Shown here: piece by piece, positions 1 through 10,447 of the stretch
Numbering within the stretch: the stretch's first letter is position 1
How the letters are laid out: every line of letters starts with the position of its first letter
Source of the DNA: Nitrospirales bacterium
GTDB taxonomy: Bacteria; Nitrospirota; Nitrospiria; Nitrospirales; UBA8639
Assembly: GCA_965223295.1 (NCBI GenBank)
Contig: CBDCWC010000003.1
Coordinates: 1,504,001 to 1,568,000, forward strand
Direction of reading: 5' to 3'
Length of the DNA: 64,000 nucleotides
Made by a program: the position numbers and the translations under genes
Notes under the pieces: generated by a model
The model's database searches: none
What the model was told of the DNA's origin: nothing
What the model saw: only the letters and a program-made list of their open reading frames with translations

Positions 1-317
1 TCGTAGGTAGCTGGGATCGATATCCTTTCCAGGTGATGGTGGCTATTCTTGGGATCGTCCTCACGATGGCCTATATGTTTAAAATGATGCGTGGTCTCTT
101 CTATGGAAAAATGGATCCAGAGTATGCCCATACGGCAGATGCCCGGAATTGGGTGGATCGAATGCCACTTCTCTTGCTCATCGCCTGCAGCATCATTTTA
201 GGTCTGTTCCCGGGGCATTTTTATGATGTCGTGCAATCGACAGTGGAACCCATGGTTGATCGAATCACACAAGGCGCTCCGTTAGTCACACACAATACAC
301 AAGGTTCGTTGCCTTAA
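1..317 (+). CDS. nuoM: NADH-quinone oxidoreductase subunit M, C-terminal part (5' truncated by the window edge)
   Basis: Frame is open from position 3; C-terminal pattern GIVLTMAY...LG.FP; lies directly upstream of nuoN. Confidence 0.8.
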   Translation, partial: VGSWDRYPFQVMVAILGIVLTMAYMFKMMRGLFYGKMDPEYAHTADARNWVDRMPLLLLIACSIILGLFPGHFYDVVQSTVEPMVDRITQGAPLVTHNTQGSLP

Positions 318-390
318 TGAGTTACTCCTCTCCTTTGTAAGGGGAGGACCAAGGTGGGGTAGAAACTCTAACACTGATTAAACAAGTTCC

Positions 391-1878
391 ATGACTTTTA
401 ACCTCACATTATCCGGCGCTGATCTTCTTTTACTGCTTCCGGAGATTTTTCTCACACTCTGGCTTTGCGTTGTTCTTGCGCTAGATTTCTCTCTGAAACG
501 TATCACGCATCAACAACTTGCCCATTTGAGTATAGGTGGCTTAGTCGTCACCGGACTCATGCTCTTTGTCTTTGACCAAAACGGCACGACAGGCGCGCTC
601 TTTAAGAATATGTATGTGCTGGACCATATGGCACTCTTTTTCAAAATCATGATCGTTGGCGCCTCCGCTCTGGTTTTATTCATCTCCATTGATTACGTAC
701 GCGCCTTTAGGTTTTTCCGCGGGGAATATTATTTCATGGTCCTCATGTCGGCGATTGGCATGATGTTCATGGCTTCCTCAAATGATTTGTTATCCGTCTT
801 TGTCACCTTAGAGTTTTCAACATTTGGCTTTTACGTCTTGGTTGCCTATCTCCGAGATGATCAACGGTCCTCGGAAGCTGGCTTGAAATTTTTCATCCTT
901 GGGGTATTTGCCGCAGGCCTCTTAGCTTACGGGATTAGTTTGGTCTATGGAGAAACAGGAACCCTGGTATTTTCAGAAATGGCTGGCACCCCAGGGAGCT
1001 ATGGCCTCGCGATTGGATTTATTTTGATTTTTGCAGCGCTTGGATTCAAAATCGGGGCTGTTCCATTCCATGCCTGGATTCCCGATACCTATCAAGGGGC
1101 TCCCACTCCTGTCACGGCCTTTTTGTCTATTGCGCCCAAAGCCGCGGCCTTGGCTATTTTGCTTCGCATGTTTTTAGTGGCCTTAGCCTCATTTAAGCCT
1201 ATGTGGGTTCTCCTCTTTGTCGTGGCCTCTATTGTTTCGATGACCTACGGCAACATTGTGGCCATTGCTCAAAAGAATATTAAGCGTTTGTTGGCCTATT
1301 CGGGGATTGCACAAATTGGAAACATTATGATCGGGCTAGCGGCAGGAACGAAGCAAGGCAGTGACGCGATTATGTTTTACCTGTTGACCTATCTGTTCGC
1401 CAACCTCGGGGCTTTTGCCGTCGTCATCGCTGTGAGCCAAGTCATCAAGAGTGATGAAATTGAAGATTACAACGGCCTGAACCGACGCTCTCCATTCTTA
1501 GCAGCCTCGATGCTTCTCTTTCTGTTGTCACTAGCTGGAGTGCCACCGCTGGCAGGCTTTATTGGCAAGATTTATTTATTCATCGCCGCCATGAACCAGG
1601 AACTCTATACTCTGCTAATTGTTGGACTCATTAATATCGTCATTTCCATGTATTACTATCTGATTGTAGTGAAGAAGATGTATATTAATGAACCCACCGA
1701 CTCATCACCCATCCCCACATCACTTCCCATCAAGGTCGCTGTCTATGTTGGTGTGGCCGGCACCCTGTTGTTAGGCATCTACCCTGGTCCCTTCATCGAT
1801 TGGGCGGTTGATGCCACCCTCATGTTCTCCAACATTGCCAGTCCCACAGCTTCTCTTCCCGTCTTACCTGACGGCTAA
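391..1878 (+). CDS. nuoN: NADH-quinone oxidoreductase subunit N
   Basis: 495 aa membrane protein with motifs SEAGLKFF, FKIGAVPFHAWIPDTYQGAP, KRLLAYS and SLAGVPPLAGFIGK. Confidence 0.95.
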   Translation: MTFNLTLSGADLLLLLPEIFLTLWLCVVLALDFSLKRITHQQLAHLSIGGLVVTGLMLFVFDQNGTTGALFKNMYVLDHMALFFKIMIVGASALVLFISIDYVRAFRFFRGEYYFMVLMSAIGMMFMASSNDLLSVFVTLEFSTFGFYVLVAYLRDDQRSSEAGLKFFILGVFAAGLLAYGISLVYGETGTLVFSEMAGTPGSYGLAIGFILIFAALGFKIGAVPFHAWIPDTYQGAPTPVTAFLSIAPKAAALAILLRMFLVALASFKPMWVLLFVVASIVSMTYGNIVAIAQKNIKRLLAYSGIAQIGNIMIGLAAGTKQGSDAIMFYLLTYLFANLGAFAVVIAVSQVIKSDEIEDYNGLNRRSPFLAASMLLFLLSLAGVPPLAGFIGKIYLFIAAMNQELYTLLIVGLINIVISMYYYLIVVKKMYINEPTDSSPIPTSLPIKVAVYVGVAGTLLLGIYPGPFIDWAVDATLMFSNIASPTASLPVLPDG

Positions 1879-1912
1879 TTTCTTTTTTCGTATCCACGGC
1901 ATTTTTGTCCAT

Positions 1913-3469
1913 TCACGCCTTAATCCCACTGGCTGTCTTTTCGTGAAACTTGAGCCCTAGGCCAAACTTTTGTTCCCAAACAACTCGACTGTCATAGGTC
2001 CCCTGGTACTCACCTTCCTGAAGTTTAAGGATGACGTTCTGTCCTTTCAATTGAAGCGGTTGGTCACAATGAAGCCTCACTCCACCTCCAACTGAAAAAT
2101 CCATGACATCACAGTCAACCCGATTTTCATTCAGTTCAAGGATCCCGCGCACATGCAATGGCAGACGAACGGAACGACGTTTCTGATAGTAGTCTTCGCG
2201 GAATACAGGAAGCCGATGTATCAGTTCTTGAGATAAGTTTTTCGGTGTATACCGGGTATACTGTTGGTTTTCTCCTTCATGCAGGAATTTTTGAAATCCA
2301 CTTTCATGGATCATTTCATTCCTCGTCCTTCCAGCTTTTTTTGAAGTGTCTGCTTTGAGAACTTCAGCATCGGAAGATTGTTGCTTCATCCTCTGCTTCC
2401 AGATTTGAGACGTTCTGGGAATTTTCAACGCCATTTTGTTAAACGCTGGACCTTCACCTCCTATCACCCGGGTGTGAGGCAATACACCTAAAGCCATCAA
2501 CCCCTTGTATATCCATCGAAACGAATTTTCAGGGTGGCTTTTCTGTCGATCCACATTGGCCTGAATTTTTTGAATCTCTGAATCTTTGAAATCCAGCCCG
2601 ACATTCTGTGCACGATGGACCATCCACAAGAGAGCTTCGTCGGACAGTTTCGTATCCAATGCTCCTCCACCAATATCTGAATGACTGCCAGGAAACCACA
2701 CCTGGCAAATGTCCTTTGTATGAGAAGTTTTCGTCTTCGATTCGGCTGATTTGGTCCAAAGATCAGGCTTAAACGGTCCACGCCGTTCATCAATGGCTAC
2801 GGCATGGTAGGCGTATTCCACATGGCCTCCCAATTCGGTATCAAAGAATCCCACCCACTTTCTCGTCAACGGCTTGATATATGGAATAGGTACTCCCAAC
2901 GCCCCAACGGTATCCCACACGCCTATCATCTTAATTAATGCACGTCGGGTTTTACTGTGATCTTCGGTGATTTTTCGAAACGGATGTGCCCCGCGTTTCA
3001 GGGGATGTGTATTGTAATAATGAAAAGCGGCAGGGAGTAAATGAAGGTGTTCTGGAAGTAAGAGTCCTACACATCCAAGCATTCCCCCAAGGGCGCGCAC
3101 AGTGTAGGCTCCGCGACTAAAACCAAAAAAATAGAGTTCATCTCCATCGACATAATTGTGACATAAGAAGCGATAGGCCTTTTTTAAATGTGCAGAAAGC
3201 CCCAGTCCGGTCAGGCCTCCCACATATCGATCAAATAAACTGCGGTCAGTTCCCACCCCTGGATCATAGTAAATGACTTGATGCCGCCCTTCTCCATCAC
3301 AGGGCTGAAGCAAACGGGAGATTTTGACAACATTGGTTGCACGGTATCGTTTGTCATCCCCATTTTTTTCGTCCTGATTCCACTCTTTTTCGGGACGATT
3401 CCATGTTCCATCACAACAGACTATAAGCTTTTTGTGTAGATGCAGAGGAGGCATCTGATGCGTCTCCAA
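1913..3469 (-). CDS. DUF2235/Tle1-like alpha/beta hydrolase fused to a C-terminal PilZ domain (start may be ATG 3454)
   Basis: CCDGTWN, GFSRGAY (nucleophile elbow), WDTVG and GSHSDIGG; C-terminal RRSVR...DFSVGG...VVW PilZ motifs. Confidence 0.85.
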   Translation of the reverse strand: METHQMPPLHLHKKLIVCCDGTWNRPEKEWNQDEKNGDDKRYRATNVVKISRLLQPCDGEGRHQVIYYDPGVGTDRSLFDRYVGGLTGLGLSAHLKKAYRFLCHNYVDGDELYFFGFSRGAYTVRALGGMLGCVGLLLPEHLHLLPAAFHYYNTHPLKRGAHPFRKITEDHSKTRRALIKMIGVWDTVGALGVPIPYIKPLTRKWVGFFDTELGGHVEYAYHAVAIDERRGPFKPDLWTKSAESKTKTSHTKDICQVWFPGSHSDIGGGALDTKLSDEALLWMVHRAQNVGLDFKDSEIQKIQANVDRQKSHPENSFRWIYKGLMALGVLPHTRVIGGEGPAFNKMALKIPRTSQIWKQRMKQQSSDAEVLKADTSKKAGRTRNEMIHESGFQKFLHEGENQQYTRYTPKNLSQELIHRLPVFREDYYQKRRSVRLPLHVRGILELNENRVDCDVMDFSVGGGVRLHCDQPLQLKGQNVILKLQEGEYQGTYDSRVVWEQKFGLGLKFHEKTASGIKA

Positions 3470-3692
3470 AAAATTGATCGACTAAGAATTGAAAATCTGC
3501 CAAAATTTTTTAATAGAATCAACATTAAAAAACGAACAAGTCCTGACCGAAGAAGGGAACATCTGCAGCAAGATACCTGTTATCCACCGGGGCCTATCGA
3601 GTTAGGAGGACGAAACCTGCAAAAGGAATCCGAATTGTTCTTCTAGAAGTTGGATTCGAAAATGAATGGAACGTTGAAAGGGTGTGGAACTG

Positions 3693-4358
3693 TTAATAGC
3701 GTGGAAAAGTCTCAGAAATAGGTATACCTAAATCACTTAATATGTCCAGAGGGGAAATCCCTTCAAAATGCCAAAGAGCTCCTAGACTCCCAGCGACGGC
3801 CACTACAATGAGCAGCAAAATAAGGAGAATGACTGATGTTTTTTTCTTGCCAGGAAACTGAGGTGGAGAGAAATCAACTTCTTTCTCCATTGATGAATCC
3901 TGCCACAGTGGAGAACGGCTGCGAAGGGGAAGAAGGCTTTCTTGCTCGGGTGGATGAAAGTCAAGTTCATTCAATATTTGTGAATGGGACGATTCCGTAT
4001 TGGTTTTGATTGAAGGTGGAACTTCTTGAGAAACTAATTTGGTCTCTCCGTCTTTAATTTTTACTTTTCGAGTGTAGGGTGTTCCGCAATGTGGACATAA
4101 CCAGTTTTCTTCTTTTAAGCTCTCATGGGGGGTGACCTGAGGTTGTTGCTCCTCTATCTTGTTCACTCCACAATTCGGACATGAGCGTGCTTGTTTGGAG
4201 ATAAGAAAGCCACAATCTGGGCAAGGATACAATTTGTCAGACTGCACTGAATTTTCAGAAACCCCTTGTTTTCCTGGGAAAGGTAAGGCGCATTGAGGGC
4301 AGGCCAGTGCCTGGGTCGAAACTTCTTTTTGGCATTCAGGACATGGGACAAGAGCCAT
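3693..4358 (-). CDS. Multi zinc-ribbon protein with a C-terminal membrane anchor
   Basis: Five CxxC motifs (CPEC, CPQC, CPDC, CPNC, CPHC) and a hydrophobic C-terminal helix. Confidence 0.75.
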   Translation of the reverse strand: MALVPCPECQKEVSTQALACPQCALPFPGKQGVSENSVQSDKLYPCPDCGFLISKQARSCPNCGVNKIEEQQPQVTPHESLKEENWLCPHCGTPYTRKVKIKDGETKLVSQEVPPSIKTNTESSHSQILNELDFHPPEQESLLPLRSRSPLWQDSSMEKEVDFSPPQFPGKKKTSVILLILLLIVVAVAGSLGALWHFEGISPLDILSDLGIPISETFPRY

Positions 4359-4674
4359 TTTAATGGATTCCGATCATTTACTATTCAGTAAAAAGGATGA
4401 AAGAATTGACAGATTGATTCTCTTCCATTTGATTTTCTCTAACTATTTTCTCTGATCTGTTTGACAAATCTCAAGCCTATTTTCTCTCTCTATCACCGGC
4501 AATTGCGAGTCTGAAAACTCAGTATCTCTTGCTGCTCAATTTTTTAATGTAACATTTCTACATCTTCAAAGACCTCCTGTATAGAGATGAGTTGACCTCT
4601 TTTGCGAAATGTGTTTATAAATTAAAGGCTTAGGAAGAAAGACTGGTATTATCCTAGAATGAAATGAGGGTGCA

Positions 4675-5880
4675 ATGGCCAATAACGTCGTAGGGGATCG
4701 CAACAGTTCTATCACTCAATCTGTTAGTCAACGCTATGCCAAAGCTGTCACGAATGGCGAAGAAATGTGCTGCCCAACCGGCTACAATCATGAAGATCTG
4801 GGAAAATTTATTCCTGAGGCTGTGTTAAAGGTCTCGTATGGCTGTGGAACACCAGTTGGCTTGTCCACTGTGCAGCCCGGAGAAGTTGTTCTGGATATCG
4901 GTTCCGGTGGAGGCATCGACTGTTTTGAGGCATCGCGTAAGGTTGGAGCAACCGGAAAAGTGATTGGAATCGACATGACGGATGAAATGTTGACTCTGGC
5001 ACGAACCCACGCTCCAACAGTCGCCCACAATCTCGGATATTCCTCATCAAATGTGGATTTTCGCAAAGGATATGCCGACGCCATGCCGGTAGAAGATAAT
5101 CAGATTGATCTCATTATTTCTAATTGCGTCATTAATCTTGCTCCAGATAAGAAAAAAGTATTCCAAGAAATGTATCGCGTGCTTCAACCGGGTGGGAGGT
5201 TTACGATCTCCGATATCGTGGCCGATCAACCTATTCCTCAATATATGATTCACGATAGTGCGAAATGGGGAGACTGTTTATCTGGAGCGCTAACCATCAA
5301 AGATTATTGGGGAGGGCTTCGAGACGCCGGCTTTCGTGGGTTACACCAAATAACAGTCATTCCCTGGAGGGTCATCGATGGTATTCATTTCGTTTCTGTC
5401 ACACTGACAGGTTATAAAGTCCCAGTTGCGGCGGCCACCACATCCGCCTTCGCAACATTGAGGGGCCCATTTTCCCAAGTCAGAACTGAATCAGGGGTCA
5501 CCTTTCACCGTGGGGCTCCTCAACAAATTGATGACCAGGCTGCCTGCTTGTTAGCTTTGCCATCTTATAAAGATCATTTTATTCTGACTGATCGTCCGAT
5601 TGCTCTGACTGATCAAGATCCCCAACTGTATGCTGTGCGTCCCGAGGACACTCCATGTATCTGGGAAGGCCAGTTTGCCGTTCTCACAGGCCCTTTTTTA
5701 GAGGTGAGTGATGATGATGGGCATACTTATCATTGCGGAGAACCATTAGAAATCTGTTCAAAAACATTCAGGGTCCTTCAACATCCTCAATATCAATCAT
5801 CCTTTGGAATCATTGATCGAGCACGAGAAGCAGGCACAGCCGAACCAGTCATTTGTGGCACGTCCACCGAATGTTGTTAG
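4675..5880 (+). CDS. arsM: Arsenite S-adenosylmethyltransferase-like protein
   Basis: MCC, SYGCGTP, VLDIGSGGGID, IISNCVINL and WGDCLSGA motifs; adjacent to arsS. Confidence 0.8.
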   Translation: MANNVVGDRNSSITQSVSQRYAKAVTNGEEMCCPTGYNHEDLGKFIPEAVLKVSYGCGTPVGLSTVQPGEVVLDIGSGGGIDCFEASRKVGATGKVIGIDMTDEMLTLARTHAPTVAHNLGYSSSNVDFRKGYADAMPVEDNQIDLIISNCVINLAPDKKKVFQEMYRVLQPGGRFTISDIVADQPIPQYMIHDSAKWGDCLSGALTIKDYWGGLRDAGFRGLHQITVIPWRVIDGIHFVSVTLTGYKVPVAAATTSAFATLRGPFSQVRTESGVTFHRGAPQQIDDQAACLLALPSYKDHFILTDRPIALTDQDPQLYAVRPEDTPCIWEGQFAVLTGPFLEVSDDDGHTYHCGEPLEICSKTFRVLQHPQYQSSFGIIDRAREAGTAEPVICGTSTECC

Positions 5881-5958
5881 GGCATCATCAATCCACCACA
5901 TGAGCGTATTCCTAATCAAAGTCCTCTCGTTGCGAATTTTCCCGCCTGAGTTCTGACT

Positions 5959-6969
5959 ATGCTTCATTCACCACTCCCCTTGGCATCATCCCTTCTTTCG
6001 CCTTTCACGGCACCTTCATTTGAAGAAATTTTGGTCTCACATGGACAACGTCCGCTACACTCCAAATCCGTCTCGACTCTGCAGGTCAATGTCGGAAAAG
6101 TTTGTAATCAAACTTGTCATCATTGCCATGTCGATGCCGGACCTCAGCGAACCGAAAGTATGACCAAGGCGACCATTGATCAAATCATTCAAGTTCTGGA
6201 TCAAACACCGCAGATCTCGACAATAGATATTACTGGCGGAGCGCCGGAAATGAACCCGCATTTTGAGTATTTGGTTCAACAATGTAGGGTTCGCAATCGA
6301 ACTGTCATTGATCGATGCAATCTTACCGTATTTTATGTGAAGGGGAAGTCGCACCTCCCGGAGTTTTTGGCGAAACATCACGTCGAAATTATTGCCTCAC
6401 TCCCTTGTTATGAAGAAGCGAATGTTGATCAACAGCGCGGGAAAGGCGTCTTTGATCGAAGTATCAGCGCCTTGCACACGTTAAATGCTCTTGGTTATGG
6501 GAAGGAGGGAACAAATCTTCGCCTACATCTTGTTTACAACCCGCTTGGCCCGTCTCTTCCTCCATCTCAAATTGAACTGGAACAAGATTATAAACACGAG
6601 CTCATGAGCCGATATGGGATACAGTTCAATAGATTGCTGACCATTACCAATATGCCCATCAGCAGATTTTTAGAAGACCTCGGAAGTCAAGAACATGTGG
6701 AAGCCTACTACGAGCTGTTGGAATCCAACTTTAATACCACAACTGTGAACGAAGTCATGTGCCGTTCGCTCATCAGTGTAGGATGGGACGGGCGTTTATT
6801 CGACTGTGATTTCAATCAAATGCTTGATCTGCCGTTACAGGAGGGGAAACCTCAAAGGATTGCCGATTTTAATCTTGCCAGCTTAGAAAGTCGGCGCATC
6901 ATGGTAGGTTCGCATTGTCTGGGCTGTACAGCGGGCGCAGGGTCATCCTGCGGTGGCTCTCTGTCCTAA
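5959..6969 (+). CDS. arsS: Radical SAM protein, arsenosugar biosynthesis ArsS/DUF3641 family
   Basis: CNQTCHHC (CxxxCxxC), DITGGAPE, FDCDFNQ and C-terminal HCLGCTAGAGSSCGG. Confidence 0.85.
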   Translation: MLHSPLPLASSLLSPFTAPSFEEILVSHGQRPLHSKSVSTLQVNVGKVCNQTCHHCHVDAGPQRTESMTKATIDQIIQVLDQTPQISTIDITGGAPEMNPHFEYLVQQCRVRNRTVIDRCNLTVFYVKGKSHLPEFLAKHHVEIIASLPCYEEANVDQQRGKGVFDRSISALHTLNALGYGKEGTNLRLHLVYNPLGPSLPPSQIELEQDYKHELMSRYGIQFNRLLTITNMPISRFLEDLGSQEHVEAYYELLESNFNTTTVNEVMCRSLISVGWDGRLFDCDFNQMLDLPLQEGKPQRIADFNLASLESRRIMVGSHCLGCTAGAGSSCGGSLS

Positions 6970-7059
6970 GTAATCTTCTCAGGTTCCCTCTCAAGCGCCG
7001 TACTTCTTGCACTCTTATTTTCTTGTATTTGAATGACCGGCAACTCTTGCTTCTTGGGA

Positions 7060-7270
7060 GTGTTGAATAATGAAGATATCAAAAGTCATATTTCGCCAGG
7101 AAGCTCTTGGCGATCAATAGCGTCGGGTCGGAAAGTCCGTTCGCCTGCGCGAAGCTGCTCCGGCGAAGCCAGGTCCAGCAAGGCTCCAGCCATTTTTACG
7201 CGCGGAGCGTACTGGTCCTACGTGAGCACGGAACAATGGCGAGAACGCTGCTGGCGGATTTTTTCAACAG
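7060..7270 (-). mobile_element. MITE-like dispersed repeat, family A, copy 1
   Basis: Ends gtgttgaataa ... tttttcaacag; shares the core ccagcagcgttctcgccattgttccgtgctcacgta with other copies. Confidence 0.85.
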
Positions 7271-7296
7271 TCCCTTCTTGTCCAATCAAGGTGCCG

Positions 7297-9375
7297 TCAG
7301 GGTTCTTGAAAGGAAATCGCTAATGTCGGGCCATTCTCTTTGTCTTGTGTTTCATTAAAACTGGCACTCGCCATAAATTGATGACATTTATCCAGAACGT
7401 TTTCTTCGGATAATTTAAAACGGCAGCCGATGACAAATTCTCTTTCCACACGTTCACCGTCTACTGAAAGAAGTACTTCTGCTTTCCCTGCTATGACGTT
7501 TTGGATTTCTTGGTAACTATTGTTGGTCACAATTTTGGCGGAAAAGTCTCCAGACCGGCTTGTGAGGTCGTCCCACTGAGCTTTGTATTCATCGGAACTA
7601 AATGTGCTTGGTGAGAAAAACTTTTGAATGCGATAATGCGCATTCACGCCTTTCTGTGGAAAGAATTCAAACAATAAAAGTTCTTCCTCAAGTAGCTGTT
7701 TATTGGAATACCCGAAATGAAAATGAAGACTGGACTTTCTACTGATATCATTGCTCTGCAGGTCAAGACGAAAATCATTCATTTCAAGCTCTAGAGACTT
7801 ATCACGAAAATGTAGTCTGCCTTCAGCAAAAGCTACAGGAAGATATTTTTTACCCAGGGAAAAATATTCTAACCAATCCGTGATCTCTCCTTCATACCCG
7901 ACGACCACTTCGTTTAAATCCTCTTTCATCAGGTGCAAATAGCCTGTTGTGAGATGCCAGGCTTCTTTGATATCAACATTGCATATAACCCCTTTGGGGT
8001 AGGCCAGACAATGGCTGTATGCAAAACGATCCTTATGCGGCGAGTACCATAACGAAGAAATCCATTTCCTTCCCAGCTTATCTTCCCAAATTTCTGTCGT
8101 TTCTGGCTCCCCCAGACTGACGAGCCGAATCTTTTCAACTCCAACAGTGCGTGTCAGGTGTATCCCTTTCAACAAATTATCCATCACTAGCTTTGGACTT
8201 AAGAGAAAATCCGTCATTGCAACATTTGTGGGTTTTTCAATTATCGCATGGAGAGTGGAAAGATCACTTTTGCTAACCGTGACCTTTTGGTTTTCAGATA
8301 TAGCAACGGATTGATTGGCATAGCTGTTCAACGTCCATAAATTAAAATTCGCGTCAGACTTTAAAACTCCAAATTGCCTAATACTTCTTTGGTTTCTCAG
8401 GTATGCCCGAAACCTTTTTCCTTTCGGAAAGTAGTCAGCCTCGTATTTCTCGTCGACTCCTTCCGCAATTTTTTCGTAAAACGCATGTAAGGATTTTTGT
8501 GCCTTGGTTGATAATATTTGGATATTTTCCGGCAAGGCCATTTTAGCGGACCAATCTTCGGAATAGAGATTTTGTGGAGCATTTAAACTCATTGAGACAT
8601 TTCTGATAGAGAATTCTGCCTGATCTTGTAGATTTTCCTTTTCTGTTATTGGGACGGCGACATTATAGTTTTCACTCGAATTTTTCTGGATAATTAAGCC
8701 CACCACGTTACCTGTCACATTGAGAAGCGGGCCTCCGCTATTACCCGGTGAGGCCGGAGAAGTAAATCGTATATCTTTCCACATTCCATACTCTGGTTCA
8801 GGTGTAAAAGAAGCCACTTGACCAGCTCGAAACGAGATACCTTCCCCCTGAGCGTTCCCAACCGAAAAAACCGTGTCTCCTATTTCGACGTCTCCTGAAA
8901 CCTTCAGCGGTAAGATCTGTTCTGGATAGGTCTCAAGTTCAAAAATAACCATATCGCGAGGTGAAGAGAGTTTGTTGATTTGCCCAATTTTATGGGTATG
9001 GCCATTAGAATCTCGGATATGAAAATCTTTTAAAAGAGAAAAGTATTCAAGGTTGAGCACATGAGCGGCGGTCATTAATTCCTTGTCATTGAGAAAAAAA
9101 GCTGTTCCAATACTAAAATATTGTTCATTTCGTTCTTTATAGCGTAGTTTATGGAACGGCAGTTCCTTCGCGTATTGTATTTTTGTACTTTCCACCTTAG
9201 GCACGACAACTTCCACAACGCTAAATCGCAAACTTTTAATAATTTTCTTGTCTAGAAATGTCATATTATTGTTAGCGTCAACAATTGACGGATCCCATAA
9301 AACAATCCATGCCCACATGATTGATACGATCAGTCGAATAACAAAAGAATGGTGAGGTTGTAGATCAATACGCAT
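7297..9375 (-). CDS. Exported trypsin-like (S1) serine protease with a long C-terminal region
   Basis: N-terminal hydrophobic segment; catalytic triad motifs TAAH, RDM and GNSGG. Confidence 0.85.
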   Translation of the reverse strand: MRIDLQPHHSFVIRLIVSIMWAWIVLWDPSIVDANNNMTFLDKKIIKSLRFSVVEVVVPKVESTKIQYAKELPFHKLRYKERNEQYFSIGTAFFLNDKELMTAAHVLNLEYFSLLKDFHIRDSNGHTHKIGQINKLSSPRDMVIFELETYPEQILPLKVSGDVEIGDTVFSVGNAQGEGISFRAGQVASFTPEPEYGMWKDIRFTSPASPGNSGGPLLNVTGNVVGLIIQKNSSENYNVAVPITEKENLQDQAEFSIRNVSMSLNAPQNLYSEDWSAKMALPENIQILSTKAQKSLHAFYEKIAEGVDEKYEADYFPKGKRFRAYLRNQRSIRQFGVLKSDANFNLWTLNSYANQSVAISENQKVTVSKSDLSTLHAIIEKPTNVAMTDFLLSPKLVMDNLLKGIHLTRTVGVEKIRLVSLGEPETTEIWEDKLGRKWISSLWYSPHKDRFAYSHCLAYPKGVICNVDIKEAWHLTTGYLHLMKEDLNEVVVGYEGEITDWLEYFSLGKKYLPVAFAEGRLHFRDKSLELEMNDFRLDLQSNDISRKSSLHFHFGYSNKQLLEEELLLFEFFPQKGVNAHYRIQKFFSPSTFSSDEYKAQWDDLTSRSGDFSAKIVTNNSYQEIQNVIAGKAEVLLSVDGERVEREFVIGCRFKLSEENVLDKCHQFMASASFNETQDKENGPTLAISFQEP

Positions 9376-9475
9376 ATGAGGAATTGACAGACGAATGTCC
9401 CGATACTTTCTTCCTAGTTATTCATCGGTAATATCGAGCCTGACCTAAGCGGGGAAGCTAAGAGCTAGACAGGGG

Positions 9476-9681
9476 CTATTGAAAAAATCCGCCAGCAGCG
9501 TTCTCGCCATTGTTCCGTGCTCACGTAGGACCAGTACGCTCCGTGCGCGAAAATGGCTGTGGTCTTCCCTTCGAGAAGCCTCAGGACAAGACAGGATGCA
9601 CTTTTTGAACCGCCCCGAAGCTGTTTATATCCGATGTGATCATGAGCAAATTTGCCTCTGGTGTTTTGTACTATTCAACAC
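9476..9681 (+). mobile_element. MITE-like repeat, family A, copy 2
   Basis: ctattgaaaaaatccgccagcagcg ... ctattcaacac. Confidence 0.85.
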
Positions 9682-9944
9682 TTCCAGACATCCAAATGTG
9701 GCCATTCTTGAAACGGATGTTGGAAGAATTGTGAGTTCTTGGATGAAAATGAGGAATGTGGGAACAAAGGAAGGTGGATATTTTTGCTTGCGGTAATTTC
9801 TAGTCCCTCGCAGATAAAATATGGCGGTAACACAAGTAACGAAGGGACAAAAGAGCGCTTTTCACGCAAAAATGTATAGTCTTTTCAATGGGTTGATGGT
9901 GATTTCCCATAATTTTCAAATTCTGTAAAGTTGTCTTTCTCGCC

Positions 9945-10193
9945 CTAGACCTTCTTTTCACGCAGGAAATGCTTCGCGCAGTCCTGGCTACAGAAATAGT
10001 GCCGCTGGCCGCTCACTTCTTCGACAATAGCGGTTCCGGCAGCCACATAGGTCTTGCACACTGGATCTTGAATCATCACATCCTTCCCTGGTGTTGCATC
10101 CTCCGGCTTGGTTTCTATCCAGGCACGGGCTGCACGCCGAACCATATAAAACAAAATAATCAGAAGAATTAATATGATCATAATTTTATACAT
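9945..10193 (-). CDS. YHS-domain membrane-anchored protein
   Basis: N-terminal TM helix; QDPVC...HYFCSQDC; start placed at MYKIM (track ORF begins at 10265). Confidence 0.8.
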   Translation of the reverse strand: MYKIMIILILLIILFYMVRRAARAWIETKPEDATPGKDVMIQDPVCKTYVAAGTAIVEEVSGQRHYFCSQDCAKHFLREKKV

Positions 10194-10447
10194 GCAGCTG
10201 CCCCACAATAGATTCGTATTCGAACGGCCAATAATTTTGTACCACTTTTCATTAGCGGATTCCAATGAAAGTCGCCGTGTGCCTCGTCTTTCCTCAAGGA
10301 TGTGCTTGTTCCCAAAGGCAATTCGGTTGCTGGCCGTTTTCCCCTCCTGCTAGGATTCTCCTACTACTGATCTCCATGTGTTGACAGAGGAATTTGCACC
10401 TCTTTTCAGCATGTCACACAGACTTTTAGCCCTGCGAGGCAGAAAAC

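Noticed and set aside
322-362. Short hairpin between nuoM and nuoN
   Set aside because: Single copy in the window; cannot distinguish a REP-like unit from a chance or mRNA-stabilising hairpin.
7033-7358. Short ORFs over family A repeats (also 9479, 10733, 16860, 24471, 24499 and 62060)
   Set aside because: They are translations of the repeat, in inconsistent frames and strands.
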